64,000 bases of DNA from a virus. The notes under the pieces are model-generated. The model was not told the origin of the DNA, searched no databases, and worked only from the letters and a program-made list of their open reading frames with translations. The position numbers and the translations under genes were made by a program. Shown here piece by piece: positions 55,199 to 63,742 of the stretch. Every line of letters begins with the position of its first letter. Position 1 is the first letter of the stretch. The stretch is from IMG/VR virus record IMGVR_UViG_3300022602_000001; one strand, given 5' to 3'.

Positions 55199-55437
55199 AA
55201 CACAGGACAATAGAGCGAAAGCTGTCTCTGACGATCAACGACAAGGTGTACACCGAATGGTGGTTCTCTGGTATTAGAGATCACTTTGAGGAGGGTGTTT
55301 ACCAAAAAGTAAGAGAAGAAGTGTACACAGAGTTGTCAGAGATGGTGTACCACAATTTTTGGCAGGTTCAACACTCCAAATTGAGATACGGCTACCTGGA
55401 AAAATTACCAGAAATTATTGATCAACAGGAAAATTAA
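55195..55437 (+). CDS. Small MKH-type helical protein
   Basis: MKH start, ATGA overlap. Confidence 0.55.
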   Translation: MKHRTIERKLSLTINDKVYTEWWFSGIRDHFEEGVYQKVREEVYTELSEMVYHNFWQVQHSKLRYGYLEKLPEIIDQQEN

Positions 55438-55487
55438 ATGGCCATTCACCGTAGTTTGTTTGTATATTTACATAAATAAACAATAAA

Positions 55488-55649
55488 ATGTTGAAAAAAA
55501 TAAAAACTGCACTCATTTCCTTTGCGTGCTTTTTTGACTACCACAGCTACGATCCTGTGCACGCCAACCATGACTGTACCATAGTAAAGTGGGAGTGCAA
55601 GCACTGCCACAAGACTCAGCTGACCATGTGGGGCCAAAAGCCTGAGTAG
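55488..55649 (+). CDS. Small Cys/His-rich protein (53 aa, not in ORF track)
   Basis: C....H.Y...CKHC. Confidence 0.5.
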   Translation: MLKKIKTALISFACFFDYHSYDPVHANHDCTIVKWECKHCHKTQLTMWGQKPE

Positions 55650-55683
55650 CCTTTCAATTCAAAAAAACCAAAAACACAGTGAT

Positions 55684-55947
55684 ATGCATCCAACAGAATT
55701 CTTAACTAACTTGTCTCCAAGGGCCTCGGCTACTGAAAAGACAGCCACTCCCACTCCTTTGGTATTTACACAAGAAATTTTGTCTGATCTTCGAGAAAGG
55801 GCTGTAAAAGCTGCACAGGCAAAAAACATAGGATATCTTGCAGAATTTATGGTGACCTCAGTTGGAATCACCAACTATGGAACCATAATGGTAGGATACA
55901 GGGGCTATGGCTTCGGAGGCCCAACGACGGAGTACGAGGAGTTGTAA
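55684..55947 (+). CDS. Hypothetical protein
   Basis: ORF. Confidence 0.4.
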   Translation: MHPTEFLTNLSPRASATEKTATPTPLVFTQEILSDLRERAVKAAQAKNIGYLAEFMVTSVGITNYGTIMVGYRGYGFGGPTTEYEEL

Positions 55948-56098
55948 GCTGAAGATCTGAACAAGACTCCAGAGGAGATGCAGAAGGAGGCAAAAGAGAG
56001 GGAGGAGGAGATGGAGCTGTACAGAAAGCTACACGCAAAGTACGGAAGCATCGATAGCTGGCATTCAAAAATGTAGTTAAAATAAAAAACGATCCAAC

Positions 56099-56350
56099 AT
56101 GATAACTCTGTCAATTGTGCTGATTCTGGTGGGAGTCCTTGGAATGGTGAGAATGCATCCCAAGTACGACAAAGGTGGGCATTCAGGAGACTTCAAATCA
56201 TTCTCCTCTGAGCTACTGTTCTTGGGCCTGGCCATGCTGGCCACCACTGGAATCTGCTCCCTGCTTTCTACAGTGGGAGAGAGGTGGGGCACTGAAATTT
56301 CAGACTTTTTTGACAGAATCATCAGAAGGGTGCCCTGGGAAAAATTTTAA
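56099..56350 (+). CDS. Membrane hypothetical protein
   Basis: Two hydrophobic segments. Confidence 0.5.
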   Translation: MITLSIVLILVGVLGMVRMHPKYDKGGHSGDFKSFSSELLFLGLAMLATTGICSLLSTVGERWGTEISDFFDRIIRRVPWEKF

Positions 56351-56375
56351 ATTTCTTACAACAACACAAAATAAA

Positions 56376-56684
56376 ATGAAATACGTATTTAACAATCTAA
56401 TAACCCGCACTTGCATTGCAATAATCACTTGTGCAGCAGTGTGGTCGCTGTTACTGGTCAGAGCAGTTCTGTTGACCCTTTGGTTCGTAAAACCAAAAAG
56501 GGAATGGTGGATAGACGATTTTATTGGATCTTTGTTCTTGGATTTTAATCCATCAGAGGTGATAGAGTATCACATAGAACAGGGAGATGCAAGCAAAGTA
56601 TTCCTCAGCCCATTTCACTGGGCCTTCAATAGGCCTGTCACCAGAGAGGAACTAAAAGAGACTGGACTTTCACACTACAAATAA
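56376..56684 (+). CDS. Membrane hypothetical protein
   Basis: ATG 56376 after A-rich leader. Confidence 0.55.
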   Translation: MKYVFNNLITRTCIAIITCAAVWSLLLVRAVLLTLWFVKPKREWWIDDFIGSLFLDFNPSEVIEYHIEQGDASKVFLSPFHWAFNRPVTREELKETGLSHYK

Positions 56685-56695
56685 ACCAAATTACC

Positions 56696-56995
56696 ATGCG
56701 CTGGATAAAGATAACATCAGAAGCAGATCTTCCAAAAGAGGACGGTTTTTATATTGTAAAAACAAAGCAAGGCTTTTGGAACGCACATAAGCAGCAGAGG
56801 TACGTAGGGTTGGACAATTACTGGCTGACTGAAATTGATTGCTGGCTGGACGAAACCGAGGAACGAATGTTTACAATTGAGGAAATGCGGAAAGCATTTT
56901 TTGACGGGGAATATAATGGGGCAATAGGAGAATTTGGTGGCGTTCCAATACACGAAACAGACTATTTTAAAGAAACATTTAATATTGATTTATGA
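56696..56995 (+). CDS. Hypothetical protein (DUF551-like N-terminus)
   Basis: M.WIKI..E.DLP...G.Y.V. Confidence 0.55.
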   Translation: MRWIKITSEADLPKEDGFYIVKTKQGFWNAHKQQRYVGLDNYWLTEIDCWLDETEERMFTIEEMRKAFFDGEYNGAIGEFGGVPIHETDYFKETFNIDL

Positions 56996-57261
56996 CCATA
57001 CAAGAACAAGCAAAAGAACTGGCAAATCAGTTTCACAATTATATACATATTACCCGTGAGGATTTTGATGAAATGGTTGAACACGATACGGGCATGGTTA
57101 GATATTCAGTTCGGGCAGCTATATTTCATTGTCAATCTATTAAAAAAATTTGGGAGAATGATTTTTACGGTATGGTGCTTATTCAAAAATACAGAGATAG
57201 ATGCCTAAAAAACGCCGAGCATTACACCGAATTACTCAACGAACTAAACAAAATGTTATGA
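56992..57261 (+). CDS. Hypothetical protein
   Basis: MT..E.AKEL...F family pattern; ATGA overlaps. Confidence 0.6.
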   Translation: MTIQEQAKELANQFHNYIHITREDFDEMVEHDTGMVRYSVRAAIFHCQSIKKIWENDFYGMVLIQKYRDRCLKNAEHYTELLNELNKML

Positions 57262-57513
57262 CAGCACAACAACAATGAGCAGAAGAGATGCATCCTTACA
57301 GCAATCAAGAGCCTTACAGCGAAAAACGTGAAGCATGCATTTATTGAAGGCCACAAAGAGGGAGCCATTGCATTTGCAGAGTGGATACATACGGAGGCAT
57401 TTGCAACATTTAGTTACGATACTCAGAAGTGGATACGTTGGATCGATCCAAAAGGAAAATTTTATTTAACAACAGAAGAGCTCTACGAACAATTCAACAA
57501 AACAACACAATGA
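57258..57513 (+). pseudogene. Disrupted small phage gene
   Basis: In-frame TGA at 57276 and GCATGCAT 4-bp duplication at 57333-57340 break MTAQQ..AEEMHPY..KREAFIEGH.. Confidence 0.55.
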
Positions 57514-57794
57514 GGCCAATAAGCAGGAGGTACAGAAAGAACGGCTACATATACTCCCAAGAGTCGAGGGAGGGAGACGTGGCCGTCTACAGCCAGTCCA
57601 ACGACGACAACACAGTTGTGGCCTATGAGGTCTTCAGGATAAGAAAGCTGGAGGAAGGAGAGTTAATGGGCAAGCACATCCAGGCCACAGAGCGCCCTCC
57701 CAAGAATGAGGAGTGGGGGAAAGATGCATACACTGTAAGGACGCATGCAGAGGCCCTGCAGAGGATGAGGGCCCTAGTCAATAAAACACAATAA
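57510..57794 (+). CDS. Hypothetical protein
   Basis: ATG 57510; YEVF, P..E.WG..A.T. Confidence 0.6.
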   Translation: MRPISRRYRKNGYIYSQESREGDVAVYSQSNDDNTVVAYEVFRIRKLEEGELMGKHIQATERPPKNEEWGKDAYTVRTHAEALQRMRALVNKTQ

Positions 57795-57806
57795 AACGAC
57801 AATACA

Positions 57807-58067
57807 ATGAAAAAGTCCCTAAGAGAGCGAGAGCTGCTGGAAGCCATAAAACTAAAATCAACAGCAGAAGTAGAGGAAACGACGGCAGCCACGATAAACA
57901 GAGGAGAGCCAGCCCACAGCGTCCACTGCTTCGAGAGGAGCACTTTGGAAGAGCTGGCCGCTGCCGTAAAAGAGCTCTCAGGAGGAAAAAATATAGTGGC
58001 CCTGAGCCACTCCTCCAACAGAACGAGAGGAGCCAACTACACAGCAATCCTCGTCCTTTCAAAGTAA
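57807..58067 (+). CDS. Hypothetical protein
   Basis: Packed ORF. Confidence 0.5.
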   Translation: MKKSLRERELLEAIKLKSTAEVEETTAATINRGEPAHSVHCFERSTLEELAAAVKELSGGKNIVALSHSSNRTRGANYTAILVLSK

Positions 58068-58080
58068 ACAAAACAACGCA

Positions 58081-58602
58081 ATGAAAACAGCAGAGCAAAT
58101 ACTGAACGAGAACTTCCTTTCAGACTACTTCAGTGATGACGCATTCGGCCTGATCCTGGAGTGCATGGAAGAGTACGCAGAACAACAGAACCAAGAACAA
58201 GAAAGTGGTTGGATAGAGCTCAATCCAACAACAGAAAAGGACGTAAAGAACTGGAAGACCTACCTGGTGTGCAACTCAACAACACAAAAGCAGAGCCTCG
58301 CCTACCGCACCAACGGAGGAAAGTGGATGGTCTTGGACTCCGACGAACAGGTCCACGGAGTCACCCACTACTTGGACTACTTGGATCTCAAGCCACCCCC
58401 CAACAACAAAAAACAAGCTATGACAAGAACAGAAGAGCCGACCCTCTCCGTCGATCAGCTGTACCAGTCAGCAAAGACCCTTGCCCTCCTGACAGGACTG
58501 AAAACAAACAAAGAAATAAAGGAGATGGAGGAGAGGCACGAAAAGCTGAAGGCAAGGAACATGAACGAAGAACCAACAAGAACAAAACAACAAAGCAAAT
58601 GA
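58081..58602 (+). CDS. Hypothetical protein (DUF551-like; may be two fused ORFs)
   Basis: MKTAEQIL...MEEYA, VTHY; possible internal start near 58420. Confidence 0.5.
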   Translation: MKTAEQILNENFLSDYFSDDAFGLILECMEEYAEQQNQEQESGWIELNPTTEKDVKNWKTYLVCNSTTQKQSLAYRTNGGKWMVLDSDEQVHGVTHYLDYLDLKPPPNNKKQAMTRTEEPTLSVDQLYQSAKTLALLTGLKTNKEIKEMEERHEKLKARNMNEEPTRTKQQSK

Positions 58603-59012
58603 ACAAAAATGAGCTCAGGGTGGGAAACACGGTCCGCGTAAAGGGAGTGGACCTGCCTGCAAAGGTAGGAGAGATAAAGGAGACGTACTGCCGCCTGCAC
58701 ACCACAACAAGCACAGAATCCTCCACCATGACGGTGGACTTCTACGCGCCGTACAGCGGCCTGGTCCCAATACCACTGACGGAGGAGGACCTGGTTGGGT
58801 TCCAAAAGGAAACACGGGAGGACTGGGGGTTCAAGAAGTTCACCGTGCACCACCGGGACGGAGTAGACATACACGAAGGAAACCACCCAACAGAGTTCCT
58901 GTACGCAACCTACATGAAGGGAACTCAGAGGTCCTTCAAGGCGGGAAGGAGGATAGAGCACTTGCACGAGCTGCAGAATCTGATGTTTGCACTGACCGGA
59001 AGGGAGCTGTGA
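58599..59012 (+). CDS. Hypothetical phage protein
   Basis: ELRVGN, PIPLTEE.L, HELQNL.FALTG.EL family pattern. Confidence 0.7.
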   Translation: MNKNELRVGNTVRVKGVDLPAKVGEIKETYCRLHTTTSTESSTMTVDFYAPYSGLVPIPLTEEDLVGFQKETREDWGFKKFTVHHRDGVDIHEGNHPTEFLYATYMKGTQRSFKAGRRIEHLHELQNLMFALTGREL

Positions 59013-59140
59013 TCATCTGCAAGCTCTCTGTTGATCAGATTTGATCATTTACTCTCTCCCGGTTGATCGATCCTGATCATCTGCAAGCTCTCTGATCAGA
59101 TTTGATCATTTACTCTCTCCCGGTTGATCGATCCTGATCA
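59010..59140. repeat. GATC-dense tandem repeat (64-bp + 61-bp units)
   Basis: TGATCATCTGCAAGCTCTCTG..ATCAGATTTGATCATTTACTCTCTCCCGGTTGATCGATCC x2; 11 GATC. Confidence 0.9.
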
Positions 59141-59520
59141 GTTTTGAGAGATTTTTTATGTGGTAGAATTCCGCGCATGAAAAGAGTTTTCAGTAGGCTG
59201 GAAATCAATCCCTTAGATAAAGAACACCCAGGAGAACTATAGCGCCTCTCCTAGATTGACGCATCTCCGAAAATCTGAAAAGGGCTACACCTTGTGCACC
59301 AGAGCTCATTCTGCGTACCCCTCTGCATCAACCGTGCATGCTCAAAACTGAAAAGAAAAACTTTTTAGAGTCGACAACTTTTTCTACATTTGATGATATT
59401 TATGATGGTACCACGAGGTTAAACTCCAAGTCTCCTAATTAGGTCAGGCCGCACCAACAGCGGCACAAACGAGTAGCAAGGGCCTGGCGCCACCGCAAAA
59501 GTTTATAGGGAAGACTTGGA

Positions 59521-59943
59521 ATGTAATCAAGGGTATACCGCCGGCGAGAAGAAGGGAATGGGATGGGCTACGAGTGCCCAAGCGCTATTTGACCAACTTC
59601 ATGGCAGCCAATGGAATGTAATCGAACCCCGTGCAGAGCATCGAGGGCCGACTGAAGGGGACCGCCTCATAGCAGTTGGCACCAATGTAATCAAGGAAGC
59701 ACAAGAAACAAGGTGAGGTTGGAAAATTGGTGGAAAGAAACCATCCCTCAATTTAAAAAAAGGAGCAAAAGACTCGGAGCTAGAGGTGCGCTCAGGGCCC
59801 TGGACAAGGGCCATTGAAGTTTGCACTGGATGGATGTAATCGAGAGCACAGATATCTGTCTGATGCTTTGTTGTATTTATTAGAAGAGCATTTTTCCCTC
59901 CCAGAACTACGGGATGTAATCGAAGCGCCCAGTATGTAATCGA
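59521..59943 (+). repeat. Six dispersed ATGTAATCRA boxes
   Basis: Copies at 59521, 59616, 59685, 59834, 59914, 59934. Confidence 0.85.
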
Positions 59944-59996
59944 GGGCAAGATTGCTACCTAAAAAGAAGAAAGAAAAGAAACCAAAAACAACTCAA

Positions 59997-60329
59997 ATGA
60001 CCAAGTGGACAGTCTGGAAGATAACCAACCACCGGCACAAGAAGGGGGCCCACGCCAGCGACAAGATCTACTACTTCTGCTCGGGGCAGTTCAAGGACCC
60101 GCACGACGCCCTTACTAGGGTCAGGGCCATGGTGCACTCCAGGACCATAAGGGGAGGGGCCAAGAGGGCCGCCTCGGACATGGAGGACGACCCCGACTAC
60201 GACAGGCACTTCAGCATCAAGGCTGTTGCTAGAGGGCTCACCAAGGAGAAGGCGCTCGAGCTCAGGTCGAGGCTGAAGAGCCAGAGGAGCCTGGCCAAGA
60301 AGATATACAACAAGCCCAGGAAGACTTGA
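59997..60329 (+). CDS. Basic protein, degenerate GIY-YIG-like
   Basis: VWKITN...KIYY, KEKALEL, terminal YN; ATG 59997. Confidence 0.5.
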   Translation: MTKWTVWKITNHRHKKGAHASDKIYYFCSGQFKDPHDALTRVRAMVHSRTIRGGAKRAASDMEDDPDYDRHFSIKAVARGLTKEKALELRSRLKSQRSLAKKIYNKPRKT

Positions 60330-60400
60330 CGCCTGTTTAATCCCTTTCCAGGAGCCTGTCGTATTTTTGTTTTTTTACATGTGATTTATTTTTAATGTTT

Positions 60401-60441
60401 AAGAGGTTGGCTGCCAATGGCGGTCGGCCTCTTGCTGTTTT
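60401..60441 (+). terminator. Hairpin/terminator
   Basis: AAGAGGTTGGCTGCC-AAT-GGCGGTCGGCCTCTT. Confidence 0.6.
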
Positions 60442-60535
60442 AGTAAGATAAATTTACTTTTGTTTGTGGAATTTTTGAAAATAAATTTTTTTGTTTAAAA
60501 AATTAGTCCTACTTTTACTCCGAAATCAAACTACG

Positions 60536-60748
60536 ATGAAGCACGAAAACTTGTTCAACAAGCTTGCAGGCCAAGAGATGTCCTACTACCGCATCCGAAG
60601 TAAGCTAATGCATTTCATGGAAAGGGGCATGTACACGCGGCTAAACGCAAGCCTCCTCGCCCCTATGTACAGGAGGGTGGAGAGTCAGCTGCACAACAGT
60701 ATTATAGATGCATCCCATTCACAGCTAAAAAACTTCAAACAGCTATGA
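60536..60748 (+). CDS. MKH-family small protein (diverged)
   Basis: MKHENL..., SQLHNS...SQL. Confidence 0.6.
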   Translation: MKHENLFNKLAGQEMSYYRIRSKLMHFMERGMYTRLNASLLAPMYRRVESQLHNSIIDASHSQLKNFKQL

Positions 60749-60996
60749 AGCACAAAAATATACGCAGCCAGCTCGACAACCAGCTCTGGTACCAGCTCTA
60801 CAGTCAGCTCGACAGTCAGCTCGACAACCAGCTCCGCAGCCAGCTCCGCAGCCAGCTCCACATCCAGCTCTACGGCCAGCTCTACAGCCAGCTCTACAGC
60901 CAGCTCTACAGCCAGCTCGACAGTCAGCTCCGCAGCCAGCTCTACAGCCAGCTCGACAGTCAGCTCTACAGCCGGCTGAAAAAAAGTCCAAAATAA
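60745..60996 (+). CDS. QLxx tetrapeptide-repeat mini-protein (17 units)
   Basis: 12-bp unit CAGCTC-NNN-NNN; MKHKNIRS...RLKKSPK. Confidence 0.7.
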   Translation: MKHKNIRSQLDNQLWYQLYSQLDSQLDNQLRSQLRSQLHIQLYGQLYSQLYSQLYSQLDSQLRSQLYSQLDSQLYSRLKKSPK

Positions 60997-61055
60997 ATTT
61001 TTTAGTTTGAATATAATTGCCTAATTTTACTCCATAATCAAAAACAATAAAAGTT

Positions 61056-61298
61056 ATGAAAATTGTTAAATTAAGCCAGTTAGACTTTGACTTAGATTTT
61101 AATGACTCAAGACTGCCAGAAATGTTTGAATTTTTAAGAATTTCAAAAATTTCAATCTTGATTGAAGGTTATGCTATGCCGCGCGGCAGAATTGAGCTGG
61201 TCGGCGAAAAAGACTTGATTGTCAAGTTTTTGTTAGACTATGAAATTGTCAATGATTTTGAGATTGACGACTATGTCGACATGATGACTGAAATTTAA
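61056..61298 (+). CDS. Hypothetical protein
   Basis: Cassette gene after promoter module. Confidence 0.65.
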   Translation: MKIVKLSQLDFDLDFNDSRLPEMFEFLRISKISILIEGYAMPRGRIELVGEKDLIVKFLLDYEIVNDFEIDDYVDMMTEI

Positions 61299-61398
61299 AA
61301 AATCAACCCTAAACCCTTAACATTTTTTTAACAAATAATATTTTCTACTTAAAAAATAATTTCCTACTTTTACTCCATAATCAAAAACAATAAAAGTT

Positions 61399-61836
61399 AT
61401 GCAAAATCAAAATCAAATTGCCAGTCTAACCTTTAGAGCAACCCCGGCCTCTCTTAGAGAAATGTTTGGCCAACCAGCCTACGAGGACAATTCCGGAAAT
61501 AACAAGGGAAATATGGAGTGGGAGTTGGAAGACAACGATGGAGACGTGTTCTACCTAAACGACTGGAACACCGGCCGGCCCTTGGACGAGAACGAGCCCG
61601 TTTATTGGCATATAAGAGCCACGAGCGACTACTATGCCCAAAAGGCTCTTAACTTCCTAACGGACAAAGAGGAAGAGCGCCTGGAAGACCTGTCCACCAG
61701 GCTGAGAGACTCTGACCTTAAAAGAACCGTGACCCTTGGGCAGATTTTAGAGTGCTGGGGCGATGCTTACGGAGAGGACTTAAGTAAGGAGTACTCCTGG
61801 TTTGTTCAAAATCTTTTGGGTGTTTCCAAAGGCTAA
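61399..61836 (+). CDS. Hypothetical protein
   Basis: FG.P, K...EW.L, F.L.DW, WHI pattern. Confidence 0.7.
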   Translation: MQNQNQIASLTFRATPASLREMFGQPAYEDNSGNNKGNMEWELEDNDGDVFYLNDWNTGRPLDENEPVYWHIRATSDYYAQKALNFLTDKEEERLEDLSTRLRDSDLKRTVTLGQILECWGDAYGEDLSKEYSWFVQNLLGVSKG

Positions 61837-61943
61837 AAAATCAACCCTAAACCCAAAATAAATTTTTTACTTTAAAGATAATTTCCTAATTTTACTCCAT
61901 AATCAAAAACAACAAACTCATGACATAGCAAGAAATCAGGGAC

Positions 61944-62282
61944 ATGGCAAGCGAAATCGTTGGAGACGGCTGCCCAGACAATGCGCCCAACCTGTTCTTC
62001 GTGACCCTGGGCCCCTACTACAAAGAGGTGGGAGAGGAGGACGAAACGGACTCAGTCCTGGACGGCTTCAACGAGGAGAGCGACGTCACCACCTACGGCC
62101 CGTTCAGCACCTACGACGAGGCCCTGGAGAAGTACAACGAAATCGACTTGGACCCAGACTACGGGGTGGGCCAGGTGTTCATTGAGGACAGGCTGTCCGG
62201 CACCATTGCAGAGAAGTGGCTGACCGCCAGGAAGAGCATTGTGTGGGACACGGACGAGTACATATTCAAGAAGCGCAGGTAG
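61944..62282 (+). CDS. Acidic hypothetical protein
   Basis: ORF; upstream in-frame ATG 61920 is cut by TAG. Confidence 0.6.
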   Translation: MASEIVGDGCPDNAPNLFFVTLGPYYKEVGEEDETDSVLDGFNEESDVTTYGPFSTYDEALEKYNEIDLDPDYGVGQVFIEDRLSGTIAEKWLTARKSIVWDTDEYIFKKRR

Positions 62283-62330
62283 TCCCCCTCCGACCCTAAA
62301 CCCTCAATTTTTAACACAAAGCCAATTGAC

Positions 62331-62564
62331 ATGAGGCACACAATCATCGACCACATCCTACAGGATTTTACTTCCCTGCTGAACAATCAATTGAACACAC
62401 AGCTGTGCATTTACCAGCCAGTTGACAGCAGCCTGCACAACCGCCTAATTGACGTCCTGTGGAGGCCCATATTCGACAAGTGCAGTGGGATGTTTGGCGG
62501 TACGGGCTTGTTTGAAAACGAAGAAAGATTAGAACTGCTGCTGAAAAAAATTAACACAAAATGA
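62331..62564 (+). CDS. MKH-family small protein (diverged)
   Basis: MRHTII...NNQLNTQL. Confidence 0.55.
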   Translation: MRHTIIDHILQDFTSLLNNQLNTQLCIYQPVDSSLHNRLIDVLWRPIFDKCSGMFGGTGLFENEERLELLLKKINTK

Positions 62565-62764
62565 AGCACAAAAATATACGCAGCCAGCTCAACAACCAGC
62601 TCGACAGCCGGCTCTACGACCAGCTCCACAGCCAGCTCGACAGCCAGCTCGACAGCCAGCTCGACAGCCACCTCCGCAGCCAGCTCGACAACCAGCTCTA
62701 CAGCCAGCTCGACAGTCAGCTCGACAACCAGCTCTACAGCCGGCTGAAAAAAAGTCCAAAATAA
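62561..62764 (+). CDS. QLxx tetrapeptide-repeat mini-protein (13 units)
   Basis: Same head and tail as 60745. Confidence 0.7.
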   Translation: MKHKNIRSQLNNQLDSRLYDQLHSQLDSQLDSQLDSHLRSQLDNQLYSQLDSQLDNQLYSRLKKSPK

Positions 62765-62815
62765 ATTTTTTAGTTTGAATATAATTGCCTAATTTTACTT
62801 CGAAATCAAACTACG

Positions 62816-63043
62816 ATGAAGCACAAAGACATACACAGCCAACTCTACGGCCAGCTCTGCAACCAGCTCTACAGCCAGCTCGACAGCCAGCTCGACAGCC
62901 AGCTCAGCGACCAGCTCGACAGCCAGCTCTACGGCCGGCTCCGCAGCCAGCTCGACAGCCAGCTCTATGGCCGGCTCCGCAGCCAGCTCGACAGCCAGCT
63001 CGACAGCCACCTCCGCAGCCGACTGAAAAAAAGTCCAAAATAA
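62816..63043 (+). CDS. QLxx tetrapeptide-repeat mini-protein (15 units)
   Basis: MKHKDIHS...RLKKSPK. Confidence 0.7.
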   Translation: MKHKDIHSQLYGQLCNQLYSQLDSQLDSQLSDQLDSQLYGRLRSQLDSQLYGRLRSQLDSQLDSHLRSRLKKSPK

Positions 63044-63096
63044 ATTTTTTAGTTTGAATATAATTGCCTAATTTTACACCACAAAACAACAAAGCC

Positions 63097-63324
63097 ATGA
63101 ACAACTTTTTTGAGGACGACCTGTCCCTGAAGGACACAGAGAGCCTTCCCAACTTCTTCGAGCTCTCAGAATTCGACGACTACAAGCAGCTGGTGAGGGA
63201 TGAGGAGCTCCTTGCCGCAGGAAAGATAGCACAGACTGAGATGGTAGATGAGGCCTCGGACGAGGACCTGGACGCCACCTACTGGGTGGATGAGGTGCTC
63301 GAGGAGGAAGAGGATGAAGACTAA
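63097..63324 (+). CDS. Highly acidic small protein
   Basis: ATG 63097; D/E-rich. Confidence 0.6.
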   Translation: MNNFFEDDLSLKDTESLPNFFELSEFDDYKQLVRDEELLAAGKIAQTEMVDEASDEDLDATYWVDEVLEEEEDED

Positions 63325-63382
63325 AAAGGTAAATTTCCTTGGTTCAAAATTATTTTGTACATTCAACAAAAGAAAACCAGTT

Positions 63383-63613
63383 ATGAACAGACCGAGCAAG
63401 TACAACAAGCTGAGCTACCTACAAAAAATGAGCCAAATCAACCGAAGGCTCCGCAGAGGCGACATTACTAACATAGCCAACGAGATGGGCTACAGCGTCG
63501 CTCACGTTTCGGACGTGGTGAACGGCAAGCAGGTGAACGAGCGCATCGTCAACAGGGCCTACGACTCCACCCGCGGCCGCATGGAGAATTTAGAGAAGCT
63601 GCTTAAGCAGTAG
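63383..63613 (+). CDS. Small basic HTH DNA-binding protein
   Basis: GDITNIANEMGYSVAHVSDVVNGK helix-turn-helix. Confidence 0.7.
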   Translation: MNRPSKYNKLSYLQKMSQINRRLRRGDITNIANEMGYSVAHVSDVVNGKQVNERIVNRAYDSTRGRMENLEKLLKQ

Positions 63614-63642
63614 AGTGCACTCGGGAATTAGGCTTAGGCGTG

Positions 63643-63672
63643 AAAGGGGACCGTTCTCGGTCCCTTTTTTTA
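63643..63672 (+). terminator. Intrinsic terminator
   Basis: AAAGGGGACCG-TTCT-CGGTCCCTTTTTTT. Confidence 0.8.
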
Positions 63673-63742
63673 TTTTTGAAAATAAATTTTTTAGTTTGAA
63701 TATAATTGCCTAATTTTACTCCATAACCAAAAACAAAAAACA

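Noticed and set aside
59521-59943. Mini-CRISPR from the ATGTAATCRA boxes
   Set aside because: Repeat is only 10 nt and spacing ranges from 20 to 149 nt
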